A stretch of 64,000 nucleotides of DNA from Dehalococcoidia bacterium (GTDB lineage Bacteria; Chloroflexota; Dehalococcoidia; Lucifugimonadales; CAUZJF01): NCBI GenBank assembly GCA_965237635.1, contig CBDEFX010000001.1, positions 290,176-354,175 of the forward strand, read 5' to 3'. Shown piece after piece: positions 35,844-44,504 of the stretch. Numbering within the stretch: the stretch's first letter is position 1; every line of letters starts with the position of its first letter. Below the pieces are notes generated by a model, which ran no database searches, was not told where the DNA came from, and saw only the letters and a list, made by a program, of their open reading frames with translations. The position numbers and the translations under genes are program-made.

Positions 35844-36124
35844 GTCAGTACCCCACCCTCGTCCGTCTACCTAGACAACCAACTGCTGTCTCACAAAGCA
35901 TAATGTTCCGACAACGTGTCGCGGGGAGCCCGTACCAGGCGATTTGGGGGCCGCGTGCTCTAGTACTAGGGTCGACCTTGGCCAACTCGGCAGTGGAACG
36001 GTGAGCACGAGGGGCCGATACGCAGCGCATTTCTATCATATTGCGTTTGTGGTGTCAAGGCCACTGGTGCGCTATATCTCCACGCTGACGGGTGAGCGTG
36101 GTTACGACACTCTGAAGGAAAGCG

Positions 36125-36160
36125 CGAGGCCCCCCCGAACACAACATCGGGGGGGCCTCG
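36125..36160 (-). terminator. strong GC hairpin after the substrate-binding protein gene
   Basis: cgaggcccccccga-N8-tcgggggggcctcg, 30 nt downstream of the stop. The U tract is weak (cgctttcc). Confidence 0.5.
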
Positions 36161-36190
36161 TCCTATCGTCGTCCTTTCAGGCGACCGACT

Positions 36191-38641
36191 CTAGTCGTAC
36201 GTCAGTCCGGTCAGGAAGCTCTCGCTGCTGTACTTCGTGGACTTGTTCCCTCGGTTGTTCATGTTGTCCTTGCCGTCCTCGAAGTAGGTCTGGTACATGG
36301 AAAACCCAATGGCGTCCCAGTTCTGATGCTTGACCACGTTCCTGAAGTTGTTCCGCTTGAGCATGATTCCCCGGAACGCCGGCGCAAAGTGCACCAGACC
36401 GATGTTGTACTTGCTCTCGGCGCCAAGCTGGAAATACTTCTTGCCCTCGGCTACCCGCGTAGGGTGCAGCAACTCGAAGTTTTGGCCTGCCGTAAGAGTT
36501 TCACCCAACTGACTGAGCACGCCGGCTGAGTCGGCCGGCCAGGTGCCCGCCGGCGCCAGCGGCTGGTATGCCGGGTCCGAACCCGTCTTGGCCATCCCCT
36601 CTGCGCCCTGGGTCCTGAGGCTAAGGTCGATCAAGGGAGCAACCAGGCCAGGTCCGTGGACAGTCCCAGTAGGGTAAGCGTGGAACGGGTTCGGGTTGCC
36701 GTGGCCTCCGCCTACGCCGAAGTAGTTGGTATTGTCATTCCAGTGCGTAGCTGAGTTGTCGTCGGCCCGCCAGTCTAGCGTGATACCGATGTCCGCGAAG
36801 TTCGATACCAGGATGTCCCCCAGCGTGTACCACCGGTCGCTGTTTATCTCCAGGAACAACTCTATGTCGCTCCCTCCGGGGAAGTTCCGGGTACCGTTGC
36901 TGTCCGAGTCCGTGTAGCCCAGGCCGTCCAGTAGGGCGTTGGCCCTGGTAACGTCACGCACAGCGTCCACGTTCCGGTAGGGGACCTCGCCCGGAGAGTA
37001 GGGTGTTACGGGATTGGGTATCATGTTGCCGGGCGAGCCCAGGCTCAGGAACACGAGCTCATTGACCTCTTCCCGATCGATAGCCAGAGACAGCGCGATA
37101 CGGAAGTCCTTCGTCCTCAACGCCCTCCCGATGTCGGGGTCATCGTTGTACGTCTGGTTCGTCCGGAACCAGGAATCACTCCCTGCCATGTCGGGCCAGG
37201 GGTACAAGCTGTAGTCGCCGCTCACCAGGTTCTGCTGGTATAGCGGTAGCTCGTCGGTCCGATAGATCTGTGTGTGCCCGTCCGACTCACCGGCCATGGC
37301 ACGGAAGACGGCCACCTCCCTGCTCTCAAAACCGACCGATGCCGTCCCGTCCAGGTAGGGCATCTGGTTCCCTTCCGGGTCGAAGACGTGGTAGAAGGGG
37401 TTGGCCTCGCTGTACAGATGGTCCCCCACGCTCACGCCGGAGGTCTGGACCCACGCCCCGACTACCGGCTGAAGTCTGTACCAGGCGCCATGCACGCTGA
37501 CCCTTGTCCTGAAGTGGCTGGGCCAGTCGGAGATATCCGCCGCGGCCATCAACGAGTTCAGCGTGGCCGGATCAGCGTATCCCGGGTGGAACTGCTTCAG
37601 GTAGTCGCTGGCGTAGATGCACGTACCTCTGCACTGGTAGTGGCTCGCCGCGGCCCCCTCTCCCTCCATGATGATGAAATTCGGTGTGTCAAAAGTGTAG
37701 CTATAGTTCCAGTCGTCGATGTAGTCAACCGTGCACGTGTTCCCGGTGACTAGGTCCACGCAGGGGAAAACCGGGCTCGTTCTGTACTCCCGGTTGTTCA
37801 TGATGTCGTCATGGGCGAACCTGATGTTCTCCATGTCCAAGTCCGTGCCATCCGACCACTTCAGCCCCTGACGCAGCGTGCCAACCATTTTCCGGCCACC
37901 ATCTTCGAATCGCCAATCCTTCAGAATGTAGGGCGTCATGGTCACGCCGTCGTTGCCCCACTTTACGACTCCGGCAAGGGACAACGTCCTCATGTCTATC
38001 TGCCACCCGCTGTTGGCCATCCGCCAGATGCCGCCGTACGCCCCTATTTCATCGGGTACCTGGTGGACCAGCCGGTCCGCCACTATCGGTACGCGGCCAT
38101 CCAGCCCTGGAAGGGCACCCTCGTGATTGCCGTAGTGTCCTTCGGCCTGGCCCCAGTTCGCTCCGCTCGCTGCCGCGGCGGCGAACCTGGGGTTCTCCTG
38201 CCACGTTGACGGCATTGGGCCATCATACAACGCCGGCATGAAGACCTCGCCCGGGAACTGCTTCGGGGACTCATACGTCCCCATCTTGGTCCCGGTAGGA
38301 GAGAGCACACTCATCGCTCCCACTGGCACGACAGGCCCTGTCCGCACAGGCTGCGCAGCAGGCCCTGTCACCGGCGGCGCCGCATCGGGGGCCATAGCCT
38401 GCTCTGCGGGCCTGGGAGCCTGTGGCTGTTCCGGCGCCATTGCCGGCTCCGGCGCGGCTGCAGGCTCTTGCGGCGCACCGGCCGGGGTCGGGAAGGCCGG
38501 CAGGGCGGGCGCGGGAGCCGCGGGTGCCGCGGGCGCTACAGGCGCGGCCGGGTCCTCCTGGCCACAAGCCAGCGCCGCCACGATCAACAGCGCTACGGCC
38601 ATGGCGACTAACAACTTAATATCGGCAATTCTATACCACAT
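36191..38641 (-). CDS. ABC transporter substrate-binding lipoprotein (family 5-like), unusually long, with a Pro/Ala-rich linker
   Basis: Signal peptide and lipobox LIVAALAC, about 90 aa of P/A-rich tether, then a large solute-binding-like body. Adjacent to the Opp-type permease and ATPases. Confidence 0.7.
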   Translation of the reverse strand: MWYRIADIKLLVAMAVALLIVAALACGQEDPAAPVAPAAPAAPAPALPAFPTPAGAPQEPAAAPEPAMAPEQPQAPRPAEQAMAPDAAPPVTGPAAQPVRTGPVVPVGAMSVLSPTGTKMGTYESPKQFPGEVFMPALYDGPMPSTWQENPRFAAAAASGANWGQAEGHYGNHEGALPGLDGRVPIVADRLVHQVPDEIGAYGGIWRMANSGWQIDMRTLSLAGVVKWGNDGVTMTPYILKDWRFEDGGRKMVGTLRQGLKWSDGTDLDMENIRFAHDDIMNNREYRTSPVFPCVDLVTGNTCTVDYIDDWNYSYTFDTPNFIIMEGEGAAASHYQCRGTCIYASDYLKQFHPGYADPATLNSLMAAADISDWPSHFRTRVSVHGAWYRLQPVVGAWVQTSGVSVGDHLYSEANPFYHVFDPEGNQMPYLDGTASVGFESREVAVFRAMAGESDGHTQIYRTDELPLYQQNLVSGDYSLYPWPDMAGSDSWFRTNQTYNDDPDIGRALRTKDFRIALSLAIDREEVNELVFLSLGSPGNMIPNPVTPYSPGEVPYRNVDAVRDVTRANALLDGLGYTDSDSNGTRNFPGGSDIELFLEINSDRWYTLGDILVSNFADIGITLDWRADDNSATHWNDNTNYFGVGGGHGNPNPFHAYPTGTVHGPGLVAPLIDLSLRTQGAEGMAKTGSDPAYQPLAPAGTWPADSAGVLSQLGETLTAGQNFELLHPTRVAEGKKYFQLGAESKYNIGLVHFAPAFRGIMLKRNNFRNVVKHQNWDAIGFSMYQTYFEDGKDNMNNRGNKSTKYSSESFLTGLTYD

Positions 38642-38678
38642 GCCTCATTATCCTCCGGTGCTGATTTGGAGTCTCAGC

Positions 38679-38708
38679 ATTCTAATCACATCGTGTACAT
38701 CGTGTCAA
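38679..38708 (-). promoter_or_regulatory. candidate sigma70-type promoter of the substrate-binding protein gene
   Basis: Minus strand TTGACA-N18-TAGAAT, about 35 nt upstream of the ATG. The spacer contains a direct repeat of acgatgt. Confidence 0.45.
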
Positions 38709-38885
38709 CCCCTCGGCCGACTAGGCACGCGTCCCTGTGATCTCGGCTCCCAGGAGTGCCTCTGATGTCTCGAAAAGGCATGCCAAAGCCATCAAGAGAC
38801 GGTCTTCGGACGACTGTTGCTGGACGCCTCACCAGCCTCTACGGCCCGATGAACAAACAAAAACAGCGGAGCTAGGGCTCAGATA

Positions 38886-38929
38886 GGGGAGTTCAACGTG
38901 GGGAGTTCAACTAGGGGCGTTGAACGTGG
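38886..38929. repeat. three 12-bp iterons at exact 14-bp spacing
   Basis: ggggagttcaac (38886), ggggagttcaac (38900) and ggggcgttgaac (38914). The core GTTnAAC is palindromic. Confidence 0.6.
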
Positions 38930-38950
38930 TAACCGGTCTGAAGGTACGTT

Positions 38951-39640
38951 TCAACCCAGCCGGCCGAGGAATGACTCGGACCCCAGTGCTACGACAGCCA
39001 TGACCGCCACAGACAGAATGGCAGCCATCGCCCAGGTGCCGTACTTGGCCGTAGTTGGGTCCTCTGACAGATTCAATCGGTCTATGGCCCACCCCCCAAC
39101 CGCAAAAAGCCCCCCTGCCAGGATCCCAGTAACGAGCAGCCGGAATCCCAGGATCACAGCGAAGGAGAAAAAGAGGCCGATCAGGTCGACGCTTTTGGTC
39201 AGCAGGCCGGGCACGCTGACGATTCCTGCGAGAAAGCCCTCAACATGCTGAGCCGTAGGTAAAAAGACGGCCCCCATGACGATCGGCAACATCACTCCAA
39301 AGCCGAACCCGAGCGTGAGCCATGTCATGAGGCTGCGCGGCCGTCGTCGATGCCTGCTGCGATAGAACTTCGGGAGGCCGCCGAAGATCAAATAGGCCAG
39401 GGGCCCGGCAACGGCGACCCCGGCTAGGGCACCTCCGGTGCCGAAGAGTAACGAAGCCCCGAAGGACAGATGCTGCGCTACCTCGAAGTCTTCAAACCGC
39501 GTTAGGAAATTGACCAGGATCACAGCAGCCCCGAGGGTGCCCCCGTAGAGGGCTAGGGCGACCGCGAACCGGATGCGCGGCCAGTCGGTCTCGACTGCGG
39601 GCGCCGGACCCGCTTCCGCCACTTGATCGGTCGACGCCAT
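38951..39640 (-). CDS. hypothetical polytopic membrane protein (229 aa) at the distal end of the ACIII-like cluster
   Basis: Several Gly/Ala-rich hydrophobic segments. Starts 39 nt downstream of actE. Confidence 0.6.
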   Translation of the reverse strand: MASTDQVAEAGPAPAVETDWPRIRFAVALALYGGTLGAAVILVNFLTRFEDFEVAQHLSFGASLLFGTGGALAGVAVAGPLAYLIFGGLPKFYRSRHRRRPRSLMTWLTLGFGFGVMLPIVMGAVFLPTAQHVEGFLAGIVSVPGLLTKSVDLIGLFFSFAVILGFRLLVTGILAGGLFAVGGWAIDRLNLSEDPTTAKYGTWAMAAILSVAVMAVVALGSESFLGRLG

Positions 39641-39679
39641 TTTCTTCGCTCCCCTCCCTGAAACTCGGTCCCTGGTATG

Positions 39680-40357
39680 TTAGGGCGATGACTGCTGCGA
39701 TCTGAGGTACATAACGAGTATCCAGCGCTCATCTTCGGTGAGCAGCCGCTGGAACTCGGGCATCGGAGAGACCGACGCTCGACCGCGCTCTATCGCCGCG
39801 AAGCCCTGCCTTCCGCCCTTCGATATGAAAGCAAATAACTCTCCATCCGTCGAGTCCACGGTTATATCGCTCGTAAGGTCCGCAGGCAAGGGGCCCCGCT
39901 CGGCGAAGCGGAGGATCTTCGCCCTGAGAGTCTCATCCTCCTCTTGCTGCCCCCTCAAGGTCGGCCCATGGCACACTAGGCAGTTGATTGAGTAGAGGTC
40001 CTGCGCCCCTGACTGCACATACTCAGCAGCGAAGCGATCAGGGACTGCGAACTCCCGGTACTCGTCCAGCGTAGTGTACCTCAACTCCCGGCCGGTAACA
40101 GGCACGGAGTCCAGGGGAGGGAGCAGCCTGGGGCCTTCCTGGAATCTGTACGAAGGCTGGTAATGCATTTCGTTGAACAATTGGACCTTGTGCGTTCCAG
40201 TCTTCGGGAAGGCAGGCAGCTTGAACTTGACGATACCTTGTATCTCGACGTCCCCCGTCCTGAGGTTCGCAGAACACGCCGTGGCGATCAATGCCAGCGC
40301 CACAACAAGCAGCGCGACAGCCGACAGACGCCTACGCCTTGTCCAGGACGTTGCCAC
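39680..40357 (-). CDS. actE: monoheme cytochrome c lipoprotein, ActE-like
   Basis: Signal peptide and lipobox IATAC. Single CLVCH heme motif. Confidence 0.75.
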   Translation of the reverse strand: MATSWTRRRRLSAVALLVVALALIATACSANLRTGDVEIQGIVKFKLPAFPKTGTHKVQLFNEMHYQPSYRFQEGPRLLPPLDSVPVTGRELRYTTLDEYREFAVPDRFAAEYVQSGAQDLYSINCLVCHGPTLRGQQEEDETLRAKILRFAERGPLPADLTSDITVDSTDGELFAFISKGGRQGFAAIERGRASVSPMPEFQRLLTEDERWILVMYLRSQQSSP

Positions 40358-40361
40358 AGCC

Positions 40362-40901
40362 TTACTGCTCCCAGCTCCGCTTTACGTCCTCTGCCCCAGC
40401 TTCATTGAGCACCTGCTCGGCGTTGGGCATCCGCTCCTCCTCGGCGGTCACGGCGACGCCGATGTACCCCTCTGTTATTCGTGTATCGTAGGCGCCCATG
40501 TACAGCCGTGGAAGCCTCGACTCGAATATGATTCCAAGAACGGTGAGTAGTATCGCCCCCAGCAATGTAGCCTCGTAGAGGATAATCGCCATAGGGGGGA
40601 TAGACAGGATAGGCTTGCCCCCGGTGACGAGCGGGAATGCGAGCTGGGTTGCCACCGTGGCCGCCAGGCCCACCGTAAAGCCGCACACAGCCCCGATCAG
40701 CGGGAACCTGAAGAGCTTATGGACCGGCTCCGCCTCACCGAACGTGCCTTCCGGGTAAGGAGTCCCAGTCAACACCTCGAACTCACCCTGGCTGAAGCCC
40801 GCGGCCCTCAGGGCGTCCATCGCGTCGGCCGCCGAGTCCTCTTCAATGAACAGTCCGACAACACTCCTCTGTCCGATAAGAGAGCGCATCACTCCCGCCA
40901 T
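40362..40901 (-). CDS. actD: DUF3341 membrane protein, ActD-like
   Basis: ATG 40901 with GAGAGGAG upstream. VVGLFIEEDSAADAMDALRAAGF...EVLTGTPYP, then two TM helices. Confidence 0.75.
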   Translation of the reverse strand: MAGVMRSLIGQRSVVGLFIEEDSAADAMDALRAAGFSQGEFEVLTGTPYPEGTFGEAEPVHKLFRFPLIGAVCGFTVGLAATVATQLAFPLVTGGKPILSIPPMAIILYEATLLGAILLTVLGIIFESRLPRLYMGAYDTRITEGYIGVAVTAEEERMPNAEQVLNEAGAEDVKRSWEQ

Positions 40902-40917
40902 ATCGCTACTCCTCTCG

Positions 40918-42303
40918 CTACTCTCGGATCGATGCCGGAACCTTGCGCCTGCCAATCCTGACTTCATCCCGACCCACCATAGCCTCTTTCATGTCGAAGA
41001 GAGGGATGAGCGGAAAGATCTTTGAGAAGACCAGTAGACCAAGGATCACCCATGCGAACGTTGCCACGACCATCAGGATCTCGATGATGCTGGGGGTGTA
41101 GCTACCCCAGTCAAATATCATGGGTTGCCTTCGCATGAGGCCTGGGATGATGATAAGGAAGCGCTCCAGCCACATCCCGACGTTGACCGACAAGGTCGTG
41201 ATGAACATCCAAAGGAGGTTGCGGCGAACACGCTTGAACATCCACAGTGGCACAGGGAAGAAGAACGCCGTCACCAGGAACAGGACAAACAGGCCGTTCC
41301 AGGGCCATTTGAAGATCTGAAGCTCCCTCAGTGCCGTCTCGGGACCCTCAAGCGTATATAACGCAAAGACCCACTCCAGGAAGAAGAAGAAAAACCAGGT
41401 AACGGCGACGACGATCAGAAGCCTGCCGATCGCGTCCAGGTGATCGGGCCGAATGTATTTGTCCCATCGCCAGAGCCAGACCATCACCACCATCATCGTG
41501 GCTACTGCCGCGACCCCCGAATGTATCGCGCCTATGACGAAGTATGGAGCGAAGATCGTGGAGTGCCACCCCTCGGGCCCTATCTGGACCGCAAAGTCCC
41601 ACGACACGATGCTATGGACCGAGACGAACACCGGCAGGACCAGAGCCGAAAGCAGAATCCCGGCAACAGCTTGCAGCTTCCATTGCCTGGGGCTCCCACG
41701 CCATCCCAAGCTCAGGAACGAATATATGACACGCCGGACCCCTTTGCTCCGGTCTCGGATGACGGCCATATCCGGCAATAGCGCGATCGCCACAAACAGG
41801 GAGCTTGCCGTAAGGTAAGTTGAAATCGCGGTAGGGTCCCAGAGGAACGGCGAGCGGATATTCGGCCAAATGCCCCTGGCGAAGTCCCAGGGCAGGATCC
41901 AGGGAGTGGGCATGAAGGCGCGCCATGGCCTGCCTTCGTGGACGATCGGCGCCGCCAGCAGAGCCGCAATCAGGGAGAAGACCGTTAGAACCTCTGCCGC
42001 TCTCGTAACAGGGCGACGCCACTCGGCCTGGGTCAGGCGCAGTATCGCCGAGATCATTATTCCGGCGTGGCTTATGCCGATCCAGAACACGAAGTTGACG
42101 ATGTAGACGCCCCACATCACGGGGCGGTTCAGTCCGGTAACCCCCGGACCCTTGTTGAGAAAGTAGCCCCAAGCACCGGCGCCGGTAGCGAATACCAGGG
42201 CGAGTAACACAACCGCCGCGATCCACCAGAAAGGCGTCTGCGTGATACCTCTCAGCAGGTCTCGGTTGATGCTCTTCTGATCGAGTTGAACGTGCTCCTG
42301 CAT
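40918..42303 (-). CDS. actF: NrfD/PsrC-like integral membrane subunit, ActF-like
   Basis: About 10 TM segments and an NrfD-type N-terminus (WGVYIVNFVFWIGISHAG). Paralogous to the upstream ActC-like gene. Confidence 0.75.
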   Translation of the reverse strand: MQEHVQLDQKSINRDLLRGITQTPFWWIAAVVLLALVFATGAGAWGYFLNKGPGVTGLNRPVMWGVYIVNFVFWIGISHAGIMISAILRLTQAEWRRPVTRAAEVLTVFSLIAALLAAPIVHEGRPWRAFMPTPWILPWDFARGIWPNIRSPFLWDPTAISTYLTASSLFVAIALLPDMAVIRDRSKGVRRVIYSFLSLGWRGSPRQWKLQAVAGILLSALVLPVFVSVHSIVSWDFAVQIGPEGWHSTIFAPYFVIGAIHSGVAAVATMMVVMVWLWRWDKYIRPDHLDAIGRLLIVVAVTWFFFFFLEWVFALYTLEGPETALRELQIFKWPWNGLFVLFLVTAFFFPVPLWMFKRVRRNLLWMFITTLSVNVGMWLERFLIIIPGLMRRQPMIFDWGSYTPSIIEILMVVATFAWVILGLLVFSKIFPLIPLFDMKEAMVGRDEVRIGRRKVPASIRE

Positions 42304-42335
42304 TTATGCGTCCCTTGAGACTCTCCAGCTCCTCG

Positions 42336-43739
42336 TCAATCCGGCTTCGCCAGCACCAGCACCTCGGCCCTGTGGAAACGCTTGTGGACCTTGTAGAGTA
42401 GCAGTTCTTTCTGCTCCCAGATATTGATTGGAGGGAACACCCTGCTAGCGAGCATGTAAACGAGGATAACGCCGGCGATAGCCCCTACCCAGACGAGTAT
42501 GTCGGCTGCTTCGGGATAGACCGTCGACGGAATCGAGTGCAACTCATGCTTGTCTACCTGCGGGTCGCCGACGCCGGGGACCGAGTACGCGGCCACGTAG
42601 ATCCTTATTCGGTCCAGGAGTGTGCCTATGAGGACCCCGGTGGCGACGATCGTCGGCCCCCAGACACTCTTGCGCACCGGGTTCCAGATCATAGATAGAA
42701 GGGGTCCAACGAAATTGAGAATAAACATGACCATAAAGGCCGCGAGGTAGGGACCTGTCATCAAGAGTTCCAGCGCGGCCTGCTCGGCTGGCTTTCCCCC
42801 ATACCACAAGACGTTGAAGCTGGAGAACCAGAACCAGAACCAGAGAAGCGAAAGAGCAAACAGCAGCTTGCCCAGTCCCCAAAACTGGTCCAGTCCAATG
42901 TAGTCTCCGTATCCCCCGAACTTGCGCAGAACGAACATGGTGACAAGCACCGTAGCTACGCCGGCCTGGAGGGAGTTGACTGCGTGTCTCGCCGGGAAGA
43001 GGGCGTCGATCCAGCCCGGCACCAGCGCCATAGCGAAGTCCACGCTGATGAGAAAGTGAACGCAGACGAGCATCAAGAAGTAGAAGGCTCCAAGAATTCC
43101 CAATCGGTGATGCAACATGTGCCACTGCCGCGATGTGCCATGCCAGCCCCACGCCAGACGTGCAAACAGGCGCTGCCGACCGCCTACGGAGCTATCCCTG
43201 ATGGCCGCCAGGTCCGGAAGCGAGGACACCCATAGCAGCGCTACGCCGCAGACTACTAACAGAACAATACCAACTGTAGCCCAGATATGAGGACTATATG
43301 CGGAGGTCCCAACGTACTCACCGTAGAACCAAAGAGACCGACGTCCGTCCTCCAGACTCGGCAGGACCCAGATCAGAGGGATGAAGAGCAGGAGGTTCAG
43401 AAGGCCCACGGCCGTAAACAGCTCGGCGGCGCGGGATATGGGACGGCGCCAGTGGCCTTTCGCGATCCTAAGGGTGATGGCGACTATCGGGGCGGCCTGG
43501 GCTGTAGTGAGGATAAAGGCGAACAGGGCCGCATAGTAGCCCCAGACCGCCGTGTCGCTCACTCCGTCCCCGAGACGGATCACGAAGCCGATCACGCCGA
43601 GAATGAACAATGCTCCACACAGCAACGCGGCGTTCCTAAACAGGCTCCCGCTCTTGCGGTGTCTTTCCACAAGGTCGTGTGTCACCTGAGCAGGCGTCTC
43701 TAGTGCCGCGGGCCCGTTGTGGGCCGGCGCATCACGCAT
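42336..43739 (-). CDS. actC: NrfD/PsrC-like quinol-interacting membrane subunit, ActC-like
   Basis: ATG 43739 overlaps the actB2 stop (ATGCGTGA), with AAGGAAG upstream. Polytopic membrane protein. Confidence 0.8.
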   Translation of the reverse strand: MRDAPAHNGPAALETPAQVTHDLVERHRKSGSLFRNAALLCGALFILGVIGFVIRLGDGVSDTAVWGYYAALFAFILTTAQAAPIVAITLRIAKGHWRRPISRAAELFTAVGLLNLLLFIPLIWVLPSLEDGRRSLWFYGEYVGTSAYSPHIWATVGIVLLVVCGVALLWVSSLPDLAAIRDSSVGGRQRLFARLAWGWHGTSRQWHMLHHRLGILGAFYFLMLVCVHFLISVDFAMALVPGWIDALFPARHAVNSLQAGVATVLVTMFVLRKFGGYGDYIGLDQFWGLGKLLFALSLLWFWFWFSSFNVLWYGGKPAEQAALELLMTGPYLAAFMVMFILNFVGPLLSMIWNPVRKSVWGPTIVATGVLIGTLLDRIRIYVAAYSVPGVGDPQVDKHELHSIPSTVYPEAADILVWVGAIAGVILVYMLASRVFPPINIWEQKELLLYKVHKRFHRAEVLVLAKPD

Positions 43740-44469
43740 GGGAGGCTTCCTTAGCCGTCTTGCCAACTTTCTTTAGGTACGTAACGTTGGGCTCGGTCCC
43801 CAGCTCCTCCAGCATCCTATAGGCGCGCCCGCCCTCGCCCGTCTCTTTCTCACGGAGCTTCGCGACCTTGCTGTCCGGGTCGTTGACGTTTCCAAATACA
43901 AGCGTGTCGGTGGGGCAGGCGTTGACGCAGGCCGGGTTTAGCTCCCGAGCGCCGTCCTCAAGCTCCTCGCCGTCCCTTTCGGCCTCGCGAGTCGAACGGC
44001 GAATTCGCTGGATGCAGAAGGTGCATTTTTCCATGATGCCGCGGCTTCGAACAGTAACGTCGGGATTGAGCTGACTCTTGAGGTCTTCCGGCCACTCGGG
44101 CTCCCAGAAGTTGAAGAACCGGACGTGGTACGGACAGTTGTTGACACACAATCGCGAGCCTATGCAGCGGTTATAGACCTGAACGTTCAGGCCCTCCTGA
44201 TTGTGGTACGTCGCGAACACCGGACACACCGGCTCGCATGGGGCGTCGCCACAATGTTGACACAGGATGGGGATAAACCTCGCCTTGACGTCCGGAAACT
44301 CGCCCTCCCAATAGCGTTCTATGCGAATCCACTCAATAGCCCGGTTCTGACTGAACAGTTCCTCGTCGTTTATCGGGATATTGTTTTCCGACTGGCAAGC
44401 CACGACACACGCCTGACAGCCGATGCACTTGTCGACGTCGATCACCATGCCCCATTTTTCTTGTGTCAT
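43732..44469 (-). CDS. actB2: 4Fe-4S ferredoxin-type iron-sulfur subunit, ActB2-like
   Basis: ATG 44469 with AGGAGG upstream. CIGCQACVVAC, CQHCGDAPCEPVC, CIGSRLCVNNC and CVNACP cluster motifs. Confidence 0.85.
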   Translation of the reverse strand: MTQEKWGMVIDVDKCIGCQACVVACQSENNIPINDEELFSQNRAIEWIRIERYWEGEFPDVKARFIPILCQHCGDAPCEPVCPVFATYHNQEGLNVQVYNRCIGSRLCVNNCPYHVRFFNFWEPEWPEDLKSQLNPDVTVRSRGIMEKCTFCIQRIRRSTREAERDGEELEDGARELNPACVNACPTDTLVFGNVNDPDSKVAKLREKETGEGGRAYRMLEELGTEPNVTYLKKVGKTAKEASHA

Positions 44470-44504
44470 TCGCGGCCCTCCTACCGGGGGGGATACTCCG
44501 GGCC

